Positions 26,687 to 36,103 of a stretch of 64,000 nt of DNA are shown here, piece after piece. Location of the stretch: NCBI GenBank assembly GCA_949292875.1, contig CASFBJ010000020.1:11744-75743 (forward strand), written 5' to 3'. A model generated the notes under the pieces. The model saw only the letters and a list, made by a program, of their open reading frames with translations. It had not been told where the DNA came from and did not search any database. Position 1 is the first letter of the stretch. Each line of letters begins with the position of its first letter. Source of the stretch: an uncultured Christensenella sp. GTDB taxonomy: Bacteria > Bacillota > Clostridia > Christensenellales > UBA1242. A program made the translations under genes and the position numbers.

Positions 26687-29600
26687 ATGTTGCAAATTAA
26701 ATCAAACAAACATTTTAATCGCAAGATTTACATATTTGGTATAATTTGTGCTGTATGCCTCATTTTTTTAGGTTCAATAATCACTACTTTAGCGTTGTTT
26801 TCTTCAAGTAAAAAAGACTATATAGATATAAACTTTAATGATGAAAATGTAAAAATAGATGCAATTCTTAATCCTGATAGTACAGATGGATATGCTGATG
26901 TAACTTTATTAAAATTTTTTAAACCTTCTGTTGAAGTGCCTTATGTAGATTTGTTACAATCAGCGCAAATTACGCTTTCACAATCTTCAAGGTCTGCTTT
27001 AAATGCTCGTTTTAGAATAGGGTTTGAATATTATGATGCTCAAAATATAAATAATGAAAAACTACAAACTATTATTAGTTATTTGAACAATAGTGTAGAT
27101 TTTTCAAGTGTTGTTTCAACTAATCCTTATATTGGTTGTTCATGGGTTTTTAATGTTAGTTCTGGATATTATGAACTAAAAAGTGGAGATTCCTTAGCTG
27201 TATTAGATAGCTCTGCAAAAGAAATAACTATTTCTATGGTTGATAGTAGGGTAGTTTTTAGCGGAATAGAAAATCTGAATATTGATAAAAATTTGTTTAC
27301 AGGAGAGGATAAGAATATTTTTGAAAAAATTTCTCTTGCTGTGCAGTTTGAAATTGTAGATTCAGGTTCTAACTTTTCTATTAATGCGCCAACTTATTCA
27401 TATGGGAAAGTTGCTATATTTGATACAAATGGTGGAGATAAGATTGAGGCAAAACTTTTAACAGGTGATAATGTTGTCTTACCTAATGCAACTAAAGGTG
27501 GTCAAACATTTGATGGTTGGTATGGTGAGGCTGCATACAACACTCTTATAGGCCAAGCTGGACAAACTGTTGCGCAAACTGAAAAAAACAAAACATATTA
27601 TGCTAGTTTTTCTCCAACAAAATATGTTGTTACTTTAGATCCTAATGGCGGTATACTATATGGTTCAACTTCGTTACATATACTAAACAATGTACTCTTT
27701 GGAGAAGATTTTCTATCTTCGCCAGCTATAACATACAAGACAGGATATGAATTTTTAGGATATTTTGATGAAAATAACTTATGCTATATAAACGAAAAAG
27801 GCGAAGCTATAAGAAAATGGGATAAAACAGAGAGTGCTACACTAACGGCAAAATATTCTAATCCTTTAGTTTACAATATTGTCTACACAAATATAGAACC
27901 AGAAGCGTATTTTGGAGATGAAACCGTTTATGATTATACATTTGGTGATGTAAAAGTTGTGCCTAATCCTATAAAAGGCGGATACGATTTTGATGGTTGG
28001 TTAGTAAATGGGAATAGTAACCCTGTTAAAGATTTTACAATTAATGCAACAACAAGTGGTACTATATACCTAGAAGCAAAATTTACGCCAATCAATTATA
28101 CTGCGACTTTGACTTATGGTGGTACAACTTCTAATTTAACTTATAATATAGAAAGTGGCTTAACATTGCCTACTGTTTCCGCTTCATATGCAGGTTTTCA
28201 AGTACAATCAAAAGTAGGTAATTGGGAGCAAGGTGAAAGATATGCGGTAGGTAGTATAGTAACTCAAAGATTTGGAAATGTAACCCTTGTTGCAGTGAAT
28301 GCAATTGAAGGTATAATCTTTGATGGAAATACGAAAGATGATTTTTATGTAGAACCTATAGGTTTAGGCATTGATACAGATGCAACTGTTATTTTACCTA
28401 ATGCGTATAGAGATGGATATATTTTCCAGGGTTGGTACTTTGATTCTGCTTGCACACAGGTGTGTGAAAGAGTTTATAAAGTAGATTTAAGTGACTTTGA
28501 TGAAGAATACAAACTATATGCAAAATGGACTGCTGGAGAAGCAAAATATACAGTAACATTGCATAATGATAACGGTTTAGACCAAACTATAGAATTCACT
28601 CAAAATTCTGAAAAAAAAGGTACATTTAATATACCATCTACAATAGTACCTCCAGTAAAAAATGGTTATGTTTTTGCAGGATATTATACTAAAGAAAACA
28701 GTGAAGGATTTAAGTTTTATAACAATGCAGGGGCTTCTTTAATCGCAGAGTTTACAAACGCCTATACTACATCTTATGAGTATACCTACGATTTGTATGC
28801 TAGTTGGGTCCAAAATCTATACAGTATTACGTTTGATACTAATGGTGGAACTGCAGTTTCTACAATATACTATACTTCAAATACAGAAAGTGTAAATTAT
28901 CCTACAACAGCAAAATATGGATATACATTTAAAGGTTGGGAAATAGTTAGTCAAGATGGTAATTGGTCTACAACAACTATAGGTGTACAAGATGTAATTA
29001 ATACTTTAAACTTGTATGGCAATGTTGCGCTTAAGGCGATATTTGAACCAATTGTTTATAATGCTACATTCTATTATCTTGCATTAGATGATACAACAAA
29101 GCAATTTACAACTTTAACGCAAGCCGTTACATATACATTAGATGATACAGTCTTGACATTACCTTCAAATTCGTTAACAGGTCACTTATTTAAGGGCTGG
29201 GAAGTTACTTCTGGTATGGGTTCATGGAAACTAGGGCAATTATATGATGCAAGCACAACAACAATAAACTTAAACTCTAGTTACTATGGAGATGTAAACT
29301 TTACAGCAAGGTATGATGTTACAACTTATACTATAAATTTTGAATATCTACTTAATGGTGTAGTGCAAACAGGTGAAGAGTATGTACAAGCAACAAAACC
29401 TATATACTTTACATATCAAAACACATCTGTGACATTAAGAAATTTGTTAGATAATATTGGTTACGAGTTTAATGCTTGGAAACCAAAGGCAAATGCGGGT
29501 GCTTGGCAAACTACTGAATCATTTATGTCTGGCGAAGTTGTGTCAATTACAGCGGATAGATTGTATAATGTAACATTAGTTTCTGATATTACTAAATTTT

Positions 29601-32509
29601 TTGATAGCGGTGATGGCAGCACATCTAATCCATTTATAATAAAGACTTCTGACCAATTGCATAATTTAAGTACTGTAATAAATTCTCCTACACTTTATCA
29701 AAAATATAGTTCATTATCATACGAACTAGGTGGAGATATTATGATTGTAGGTGATACGAAAACATCTGTAAGTATTGATGGTACAAACCATAATGGTATA
29801 TTTGTTTCTATAGGTACTACAAGTTATCCATTTAAAGGAATATTTGATGGTAAGGGATATACTATTTCTAATCTAATTACGGCAACAAGTCAAAAAAGGA
29901 GCAGTGGGCTTTTTGGTCTTACAGATGGCGCAACTATTAGAAATGTAAATCTTGAAGGTGCTAAGATTTATTCAAGTAACTCTGGTGCAGGGGCAATTGT
30001 TGCTTATGCTATTAATAGAACCTTAATCGAAAATTGTCATAATAATTCAACGACGGGAACTATTTTAAGTATTGCTAATAATGTTGGTGGAATAGTAGGT
30101 GAAATGTATAATTCAACAATAAAAAATAGTTCTAATAAGTCTTCTGTAAGTGGTTATAATCAATTAGGCGGAGTAGTTGGCGGTGTCTATGAAAATTCGG
30201 TTGTGTACAATGTTGCAAATTATGGTAGCATTTATGCAAATAAGATTGGTAGCAATGCATATGATGTAGGAGGAGTTATCGGTAAGATTGGAGGGTCCGC
30301 TTCTACTCAAACTACATGGGGTTCTTGTATTGCTATTAATCTATATAATGCAGGCGCTATTACTACTAAACAAGGTTCAAATTATTCATCTGCTGTAGGT
30401 ACAATTGTTGGTTATAAAGGATATGCTTCGTATGTTTTTAATGCGTATTCTGATGGTGTTCTCACATATTATGGTACAAATACTGGTCCAGGTGGTGGCA
30501 TAGGTTCTGGTCGTTATAATGAACAAAATGATACAACTCAGTCAGCAAATGGTTTAAGGAATATATATTACAAAGAAAATACATATATAAGAACAGATGG
30601 AACAACAAATACTTATGTAAATGACTCTAATGTAGATGGATACAACTTAAGTGAAAATGCAATAATAGGAAATGGTGTAAATATCATTACAGATTATGCA
30701 ATATATGGTACAAAAGCATTTGCTTCGCTTGCAACACTATTTAATGCGTGGATATATGATTTAGTAAATATGTCTGGCCTTATGCCACCAAGGCATTATA
30801 CTATGGGTAGTGATAGTTATGTAGATTACGACTCATTATATGAGTATATACAAGTTTTAGGGTTTAGTAATGATGACTTAAATTATTGGATAAAATCTAC
30901 AACGCCTACCAAAACTGCATACATAACTCAACCAAAAGATGGCTTAACTTCTATATATTTTAAAATAGTAGATTTGAATGGCGGTAGTTTAAATGGTACA
31001 TATTCTAGAGTTTATGGCAAAGTTGTGAAATCTGATGGAACTCTTTTATATGAAGATTCTGAAATTATTTATAAAAAAGATTTTACAAGAAGTGGCTACA
31101 GATTTGTTGGTTTAAATACTCAACCTGATGGTAAAGGAACTTTTATAAATCCTCAAACAAATACCAATGGCGAATATTATAATATTACAGTTGGAGATGT
31201 GGTTGGTGTTGAGAAATATTATGCTGTATGGGAAAGACTTTTTGCAGAAGGTGAAGGTACTAAAGAAAAGCCTTACATGATTTCAAATGGTCAACATTTA
31301 GTGAATTTGGCACAACTTGTAAAATCTAATGCAGATAATGGTGCATATGCAACTGCTTATTATCACCAATCTTCAGAAATTCATTTGGAAGATTTTGAAG
31401 GCTTTGCTCCAATAGGAACCAGTACATATCCTTTTAAAGGTTATTATTACGGATATAACAAGATTATATATAATGACAAAATTGATTTGGCAAGTACGGA
31501 TAATGTTGGCTTATTTGGTTATACAAGTGGCGCTACACTTATGTCCATAAAGGTGTATTTCTCAAATGGTATAAAAGGTAAAAATAATGTTGGTGGTATA
31601 GTAGGCTATGCTAAAGACACTATAATTATTGATTGTGAAAATCAATCTACAAATATGACAGGAACAAATTATGTAGGTGGGATAGCGGGCTACTTGATTA
31701 AGTCTAGTGGAACATCTATGATTATAAATTCTAGGTCATCTGCTAATGTTACAGGAACTAATAATGTTGGCGGTTTAGTTGGCCGTGCAGATAATAGTAT
31801 AATTGAAAATAATGTTTTACATAGTACAAGGACAATAAAAGGCACAACAAATGTTGGTGGAGTATGTGGATATATGGTGTCTACAAAAATATTGAATATA
31901 GTTGTTCATCATATTGTATCATGTACAAATACTGCAGTCTCTGGTAAGTTAGTTGGTGTAATCGGAGGTACTGCCAGTGCAAGCACACTATCTTACTGTT
32001 ATTATAATAGTGCTGTAAATACACAGTTGCAGAATGTGGGAACGGGTACAGGATTTACTTCAAGCATTGTAGTAGGGTACGCACCGTCTTCACCATATAA
32101 ATTGAGTAGTAGTCAAACAATAGGAGGGTATACGGCTCAAACCGTGTATCAGGCAATGCATTTATATATAGAACATATTACTCATGCAAGTGCTTCAACT
32201 TATATACTTGGCTATTGGACTAATAGTTCGGGAGGCATTACTCCTTATCCAAATACTTATACATCTTATATGGTGGTGGTTACATTTTGTACAAATGCAG
32301 ATGTTAATTGGTCTGTATTCCCAGTACAAAGTGGATACAGAAATTTTGAACTTGAAGCACCAACAAAACCAACTAGAACAGGTTATACTTTCCTCGGTTG
32401 GTATGATGCGAGTGGTAATCAAATAATAAATGCATCAAATGAAATAGTAGGGGGAACTTATTTAGTTTCAAAAAATATGATTTTGTATGCAAAGTGGCAA
32501 TCTGCGTAA
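26687..32509 (+). CDS. giant cell-surface protein: N-terminal signal anchor, many Listeria-Bacteroides (Flg_new/InlB B-repeat) domains and two blocks of GLUG-type repeats
   Basis: 1940 aa, RBS AGGAGGG. Repeated G[YH]xFxGW[YE] motifs include GQTFDGWYG, GYEFLGYFD, GYDFDGWLV, GYIFQGWYF, GYVFAGYYT, GYTFKGWEI, GHLFKGWEV, GYEFNAWKP, GYRFVGLN and GYTFLGWYD. Runs of NVGGIVG, QLGGVVGG, YVGGIAG, NVGGLVG and NVGGVCG form the GLUG-like blocks. No LPXTG motif was seen. Confidence 0.85.
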   Translation: MLQIKSNKHFNRKIYIFGIICAVCLIFLGSIITTLALFSSSKKDYIDINFNDENVKIDAILNPDSTDGYADVTLLKFFKPSVEVPYVDLLQSAQITLSQSSRSALNARFRIGFEYYDAQNINNEKLQTIISYLNNSVDFSSVVSTNPYIGCSWVFNVSSGYYELKSGDSLAVLDSSAKEITISMVDSRVVFSGIENLNIDKNLFTGEDKNIFEKISLAVQFEIVDSGSNFSINAPTYSYGKVAIFDTNGGDKIEAKLLTGDNVVLPNATKGGQTFDGWYGEAAYNTLIGQAGQTVAQTEKNKTYYASFSPTKYVVTLDPNGGILYGSTSLHILNNVLFGEDFLSSPAITYKTGYEFLGYFDENNLCYINEKGEAIRKWDKTESATLTAKYSNPLVYNIVYTNIEPEAYFGDETVYDYTFGDVKVVPNPIKGGYDFDGWLVNGNSNPVKDFTINATTSGTIYLEAKFTPINYTATLTYGGTTSNLTYNIESGLTLPTVSASYAGFQVQSKVGNWEQGERYAVGSIVTQRFGNVTLVAVNAIEGIIFDGNTKDDFYVEPIGLGIDTDATVILPNAYRDGYIFQGWYFDSACTQVCERVYKVDLSDFDEEYKLYAKWTAGEAKYTVTLHNDNGLDQTIEFTQNSEKKGTFNIPSTIVPPVKNGYVFAGYYTKENSEGFKFYNNAGASLIAEFTNAYTTSYEYTYDLYASWVQNLYSITFDTNGGTAVSTIYYTSNTESVNYPTTAKYGYTFKGWEIVSQDGNWSTTTIGVQDVINTLNLYGNVALKAIFEPIVYNATFYYLALDDTTKQFTTLTQAVTYTLDDTVLTLPSNSLTGHLFKGWEVTSGMGSWKLGQLYDASTTTINLNSSYYGDVNFTARYDVTTYTINFEYLLNGVVQTGEEYVQATKPIYFTYQNTSVTLRNLLDNIGYEFNAWKPKANAGAWQTTESFMSGEVVSITADRLYNVTLVSDITKFFDSGDGSTSNPFIIKTSDQLHNLSTVINSPTLYQKYSSLSYELGGDIMIVGDTKTSVSIDGTNHNGIFVSIGTTSYPFKGIFDGKGYTISNLITATSQKRSSGLFGLTDGATIRNVNLEGAKIYSSNSGAGAIVAYAINRTLIENCHNNSTTGTILSIANNVGGIVGEMYNSTIKNSSNKSSVSGYNQLGGVVGGVYENSVVYNVANYGSIYANKIGSNAYDVGGVIGKIGGSASTQTTWGSCIAINLYNAGAITTKQGSNYSSAVGTIVGYKGYASYVFNAYSDGVLTYYGTNTGPGGGIGSGRYNEQNDTTQSANGLRNIYYKENTYIRTDGTTNTYVNDSNVDGYNLSENAIIGNGVNIITDYAIYGTKAFASLATLFNAWIYDLVNMSGLMPPRHYTMGSDSYVDYDSLYEYIQVLGFSNDDLNYWIKSTTPTKTAYITQPKDGLTSIYFKIVDLNGGSLNGTYSRVYGKVVKSDGTLLYEDSEIIYKKDFTRSGYRFVGLNTQPDGKGTFINPQTNTNGEYYNITVGDVVGVEKYYAVWERLFAEGEGTKEKPYMISNGQHLVNLAQLVKSNADNGAYATAYYHQSSEIHLEDFEGFAPIGTSTYPFKGYYYGYNKIIYNDKIDLASTDNVGLFGYTSGATLMSIKVYFSNGIKGKNNVGGIVGYAKDTIIIDCENQSTNMTGTNYVGGIAGYLIKSSGTSMIINSRSSANVTGTNNVGGLVGRADNSIIENNVLHSTRTIKGTTNVGGVCGYMVSTKILNIVVHHIVSCTNTAVSGKLVGVIGGTASASTLSYCYYNSAVNTQLQNVGTGTGFTSSIVVGYAPSSPYKLSSSQTIGGYTAQTVYQAMHLYIEHITHASASTYILGYWTNSSGGITPYPNTYTSYMVVVTFCTNADVNWSVFPVQSGYRNFELEAPTKPTRTGYTFLGWYDASGNQIINASNEIVGGTYLVSKNMILYAKWQSA

Positions 32510-32531
32510 ATTAATAATATAATTTAAAAAT

Positions 32532-32599
32532 AAAAGAACTCTATCTTATGAAGTGCAACTAAAGTAGTGTACTTTATAAATAAGATATAGTTCTTTTTT
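32532..32599 (+). terminator. long hairpin terminator after the giant gene
   Basis: AAAAGAACTCTATCTTAT (32532-32549) pairs with ATAAGATATAGTTCTTTT (32580-32597) with one mismatch, then a T-run. Confidence 0.55.
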
Positions 32600-32710
32600 A
32601 TATGCTTAGATAAGATAAAAAATAAATATATAATGTTATTTTAAAAAATTAGACTTGTCTATAAAAAATATATTTTTATTTTGATTAATATTATAAGTCA
32701 AATATAAACA

Positions 32711-32732
32711 AAAAAAGACCTAATGGTCTTTT
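32711..32732 (-). terminator. terminator of tRNA-Asn
   Basis: AAGACC, loop TAAT, GGTCTT hairpin (32715-32730), with a T-run on the minus strand immediately 3' of the tRNA. Confidence 0.6.
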
Positions 32733-32808
32733 TGGCTCCTCAAGTAGGACTTGAACCTACGACCTATCGGTTAACAGCCGAGCGCTCTACCGACTGAGCT
32801 ATTGAGGA
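32733..32808 (-). tRNA. tRNA-Asn (GTT), CCA encoded
   Basis: Reverse complement: TCCTCAA-TA-GCTC-AGTCGGTA-GAGC-G-CTCGG-CTGTTAA-CCGAT-AGGTC-GTAGG-TTCAAGT-CCTAC-TTGAGGA-G-CCA. Confidence 0.9.
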
Positions 32809-32839
32809 ATAGTGTAACTTTTTTGAGATTACAATATAG

Positions 32840-32868
32840 AGTATATACAATTTATTTCCATTTGTCAA
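32840..32868 (-). promoter_or_regulatory. SigA-type promoter of tRNA-Asn
   Basis: On the minus strand: TTGACA (32868-32863), a 17-nt spacer, then TATACT (32845-32840), about 30 nt upstream of the tRNA. Confidence 0.55.
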
Positions 32869-32989
32869 TGTTTTTTTGAAAAAAATTATAAATATATTTT
32901 ATAAATTATATAAAATTTGTATATCATTCTTTTTTGTTTGTTATATTTTTTTTATTGTGATATATTTTTTATGTTAAGGAGTATGAGTA

Positions 32990-34213
32990 GTGTTTGAAAG
33001 TTATGAGCAAAAACAGGAATTTTATGGTAAGATTTTTAATATAGTTCATATTGTACTAATTTGTTTTTTTAGTGTATTTGCTGTTTTTATATTTGCCTAT
33101 AATATTTTAATTCTTGTATCTCATTTATCTGGAGAAGGAGAAAAGACGCAAGATTTTAATTTTATTGATGGTAACTATCTTGTTGAAGTATCTTCTAATG
33201 CTTGGAATGCTTATTATAGTCAATTTTCACTTTTATTTGTTGAAGAAAAAGAAATAAATTATGAAAATGTAATTAAGCATGATGGTAAAAGCGAATATGA
33301 GCATGTATATCTTTTTAGAAATGTTTACGAAGATGGTGGAGTAACTTATTCAGTAGGTGCGGTAATTAGTACTACAAAAGAGGCTTGTGTAGTATATGGA
33401 GATAAGCATGTAAAATATGAAGATATAATTGGAGAAGTAAGATTTTCTATACCTGTAGTTGCTATATTTGGAGACGCATTTTTCATGTTTATCTATTTAT
33501 TTCTTTTGATTAGTTATCTTGCTTTTTTGTATATATTTTCAACAACACAAATGGGTTACGATATATTATTTACAAAACATTTGAAAAAAGAATTGAAAAA
33601 GAATAATTCTTTTGGCATAAGTGATGAAAAAAATAGAGTTGAAGAAGTTGTAGTAAAAATGGAAACAAGTGAAGAAATAGTTCAAAATGCACTAAACTAT
33701 ATAATTAGTGATTTTGATAATAAAAATATAGATAATATTATAGATGTACAAACTATAAAAAATGCATTATTAGTTTTAGGCGAATGTGACTTTAGTTCAA
33801 AAGAAAAAGTTTTTGTTTATTTGGCAAGTATAAATCTTTTAAATGCCTATACTAAAAAACCTTATGCTTTTGAAAGTTTAAAGAAAAAATACTTTTTCAA
33901 AAAATATGTAAATGTATTAGTTGATTTTATTGTGAAAAATCCTAATAACGATGTAAAAGCATATTCAGGTGAAGGAGTTGTTATTATAGAATGTATGGGT
34001 ATGCAATTTAGTTTCCATGGAGTAAAACTAACACAAGATTTATGGAATAAAGAGTGGTCTCAAATAAAGTTGCAACCATATGCAGATTATATATTTCATT
34101 TGTTTTATGATAAAGAATTTGCTGGTAATGATTTCAGTAAAGCAAAAAGTAATAGTTCAATAATGAAATATATAAAAAGCATAGAAAAAAGTCTTAAAAA
34201 CAAAAAAGAGTAA
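32990..34213 (+). CDS. hypothetical membrane protein
   Basis: 407 aa with a GTG start 8 nt after AAGGAG. It has an N-terminal TM, a central TM pair and a C-terminal soluble domain of about 200 aa. No motif recognised. Confidence 0.55.
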   Translation: MFESYEQKQEFYGKIFNIVHIVLICFFSVFAVFIFAYNILILVSHLSGEGEKTQDFNFIDGNYLVEVSSNAWNAYYSQFSLLFVEEKEINYENVIKHDGKSEYEHVYLFRNVYEDGGVTYSVGAVISTTKEACVVYGDKHVKYEDIIGEVRFSIPVVAIFGDAFFMFIYLFLLISYLAFLYIFSTTQMGYDILFTKHLKKELKKNNSFGISDEKNRVEEVVVKMETSEEIVQNALNYIISDFDNKNIDNIIDVQTIKNALLVLGECDFSSKEKVFVYLASINLLNAYTKKPYAFESLKKKYFFKKYVNVLVDFIVKNPNNDVKAYSGEGVVIIECMGMQFSFHGVKLTQDLWNKEWSQIKLQPYADYIFHLFYDKEFAGNDFSKAKSNSSIMKYIKSIEKSLKNKKE

Positions 34214-34324
34214 ACACATACTTGCATTTACTCTTGTGTGTCATAGAGATTTGACTAAAATCTTCTATAACAATATTATAATATGAAAAAAAATAAAAAT
34301 TATACTAAAATAAAAAGGTAAAAA

Positions 34325-35002
34325 ATGGAAAAAATATTATTTATAGATGACGAGCAAGAAATATTAGATTTGTTAAAAGATTATTTTAAAAACTTATATG
34401 AAGTTTATACTGCAACTACTTTTAATGATGCAATTAATTTAATAGACAGCACGGACTTTGATTGTGTAGTATCTGATGTTAATCTTATTGAGGCAGAAGG
34501 TTTTGAAATAGTTTCATATATTAAGCAAAAAAATAAAAATTTACCAGTTTTATTACTTTCTGGTCTAACTCAAGAAGAAATGATATTAAAGGGTTTTGAT
34601 GTTGGTGCAGATGATTATATTCGTAAACCTTTTAGTTGTGCGGAGCTAAATGCTAGAATAAGTACTAGATTAAATAAAAATAAAAAGAAAAAATACGCTT
34701 TTGGCGATTTAGAAATAGATGAAAGTGCTATGCAAGTCAGGTATAAACAAAATATAATACCTCTTACAAGTATGGAATTTGATATACTGCTTTTACTAGT
34801 AAAAAATGAAGGAATTACATATAATAAAGAAGAGATATATAACGAAATTTGGAAACAAGAACCTTTAGATCAAATGCATACAGTTCATGTGCATATGTTT
34901 ACACTAAGGAAAAAGTTGCAAGATTTCACAGGAATAGAGTATATTAAAACTATATGGAAAAAAGGTTATATGTTTTGTTGGGAAAAAGAAAAAAAGGAGT
35001 AG
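34325..35002 (+). CDS. OmpR-family response regulator (no adjacent kinase)
   Basis: 225 aa. The receiver domain has DDE..., phospho-acceptor region DCVVSDVNL, and KPF. The winged-helix C-terminus has TLRKKL and KGYMF. Confidence 0.9.
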   Translation: MEKILFIDDEQEILDLLKDYFKNLYEVYTATTFNDAINLIDSTDFDCVVSDVNLIEAEGFEIVSYIKQKNKNLPVLLLSGLTQEEMILKGFDVGADDYIRKPFSCAELNARISTRLNKNKKKKYAFGDLEIDESAMQVRYKQNIIPLTSMEFDILLLLVKNEGITYNKEEIYNEIWKQEPLDQMHTVHVHMFTLRKKLQDFTGIEYIKTIWKKGYMFCWEKEKKE

Positions 35003-35005
35003 TGT

Positions 35006-35461
35006 ATGAGTAGGGAAGTAGTGAATAATTTATCTATAAAGTATGATGGTGATGCATTAAAGGTTGATGGTGAAAATGGCGAAGTTATAATGATAAATGA
35101 AGTTAATTTTGTAAAAGAAGAAATAGATAATAAGTATGTTTCAAAAGTTAATTTTGATATAACATTTCATAGTCAAAATGAAGAGTATAAAACTTTTGTA
35201 AGTTTTGAATTACAAAGATTTAAAGAATGGCTTTTTAAGTTTTTTTCTATTAGTTGTAAAGGAATGTACAAAGAGAATAGTGTTAATTTTGACGATAAGC
35301 ATTATATTAAAGCAAAACTTTTAGAAAATGAATTAGTTGAAATAAATGTTTGTGCAAGAGATATACAAACTAGTAAAGATTTTGTCTTTATTATGAATAC
35401 AACGACAAGTGAAATAAAAGACCTACATGAAATGTTAAAAAGAATATCTAATATGGTTTAA
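35006..35461 (+). CDS. hypothetical protein, probably translationally coupled to the response regulator
   Basis: 151 aa, starting 3 nt after the response regulator stop (RBS AAGGAG lies inside the regulator's 3' end). No motif recognised. Confidence 0.5.
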   Translation: MSREVVNNLSIKYDGDALKVDGENGEVIMINEVNFVKEEIDNKYVSKVNFDITFHSQNEEYKTFVSFELQRFKEWLFKFFSISCKGMYKENSVNFDDKHYIKAKLLENELVEINVCARDIQTSKDFVFIMNTTTSEIKDLHEMLKRISNMV

Positions 35462-35489
35462 AAAAAGGCAGATGTAATTCTGCCTTTTT
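35461..35489. terminator. bidirectional intrinsic terminator
   Basis: A-run, GGCAGA (35467-35472), loop TGTAAT, TCTGCC (35479-35484), then a T-run. It lies between convergent genes. Confidence 0.7.
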
Positions 35490-35494
35490 GTATG

Positions 35495-35851
35495 CTACTT
35501 AACTTCTTGCGTATTGCCAGCTTTAGTTTTAGTAGCTTTACCTGTTCTACTTCTTAAGTAATAAAGTTTAGCTCTACGCACTTTACCTACACGAACAAGT
35601 TCTATACTGCTTATTCTAGGTGAATGGATAGGGAATGTTCTTTCTACGCCTATACCAGCTGAAATTCTACGAACTTTAACTGTTTCTCTAATGCCTTTGT
35701 TTTTCTTAGCGATAACAGTACCTTCATAAGCTTGTATTCTTTCTTTTCCACCTTCTATAACCTTGTAATTTACCTTTATGGTATCTCCAATGTTGAAGTT
35801 AGGGATATCAGTTCTTAAGCCTTCTTTATCAAGTTGCTCTATAATTGACAT
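35495..35851 (-). CDS. rplS: 50S ribosomal protein L19
   Basis: 118 aa. Sequence includes [38 protein letters not shown] and RRAKLYYLR. Confidence 0.95.
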   Translation of the reverse strand: MSIIEQLDKEGLRTDIPNFNIGDTIKVNYKVIEGGKERIQAYEGTVIAKKNKGIRETVKVRRISAGIGVERTFPIHSPRISSIELVRVGKVRRAKLYYLRSRTGKATKTKAGNTQEVK

Positions 35852-35935
35852 CTTAGACTCTTACCTCCTTAAAGTATTCAACCAAAATGTTCATATTTAA
35901 TGAAAAAAAATAGCGGAACATCCGAAGTCGCTGTA

Positions 35936-35964
35936 ATTATATCATAAGAAAATTTCAAATGCAA
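35936..35964 (-). promoter_or_regulatory. SigA-type extended -10 promoter of rplS
   Basis: On the minus strand: TTGCAT (35964-35959), a 17-nt spacer, then TGaTATAAT (-10 at 35941-35936). Confidence 0.6.
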
Positions 35965-36103
35965 TAGATTTTTGTATTTTTTATAGATAAAAGTTTACAA
36001 ATTGAAGTATAATAATATAGATTTTTTTCATTTTTTATGTATTTAATTGTTTTTTAAAATATATTTTTGTATATTATTTTATATATATCTTTAGAGGTGT
36101 AAA

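Noticed and set aside
35903-35932. A GC-containing hairpin plus U-run in the rplS 5' region that looked like an L19-leader attenuator.
   Set aside because: The hairpin (AGCGAC...CCGCT) begins only 4 nt after the -10 box, so the predicted transcription start falls inside its 5' arm. The stem pairing is also poor beyond 4 bp.
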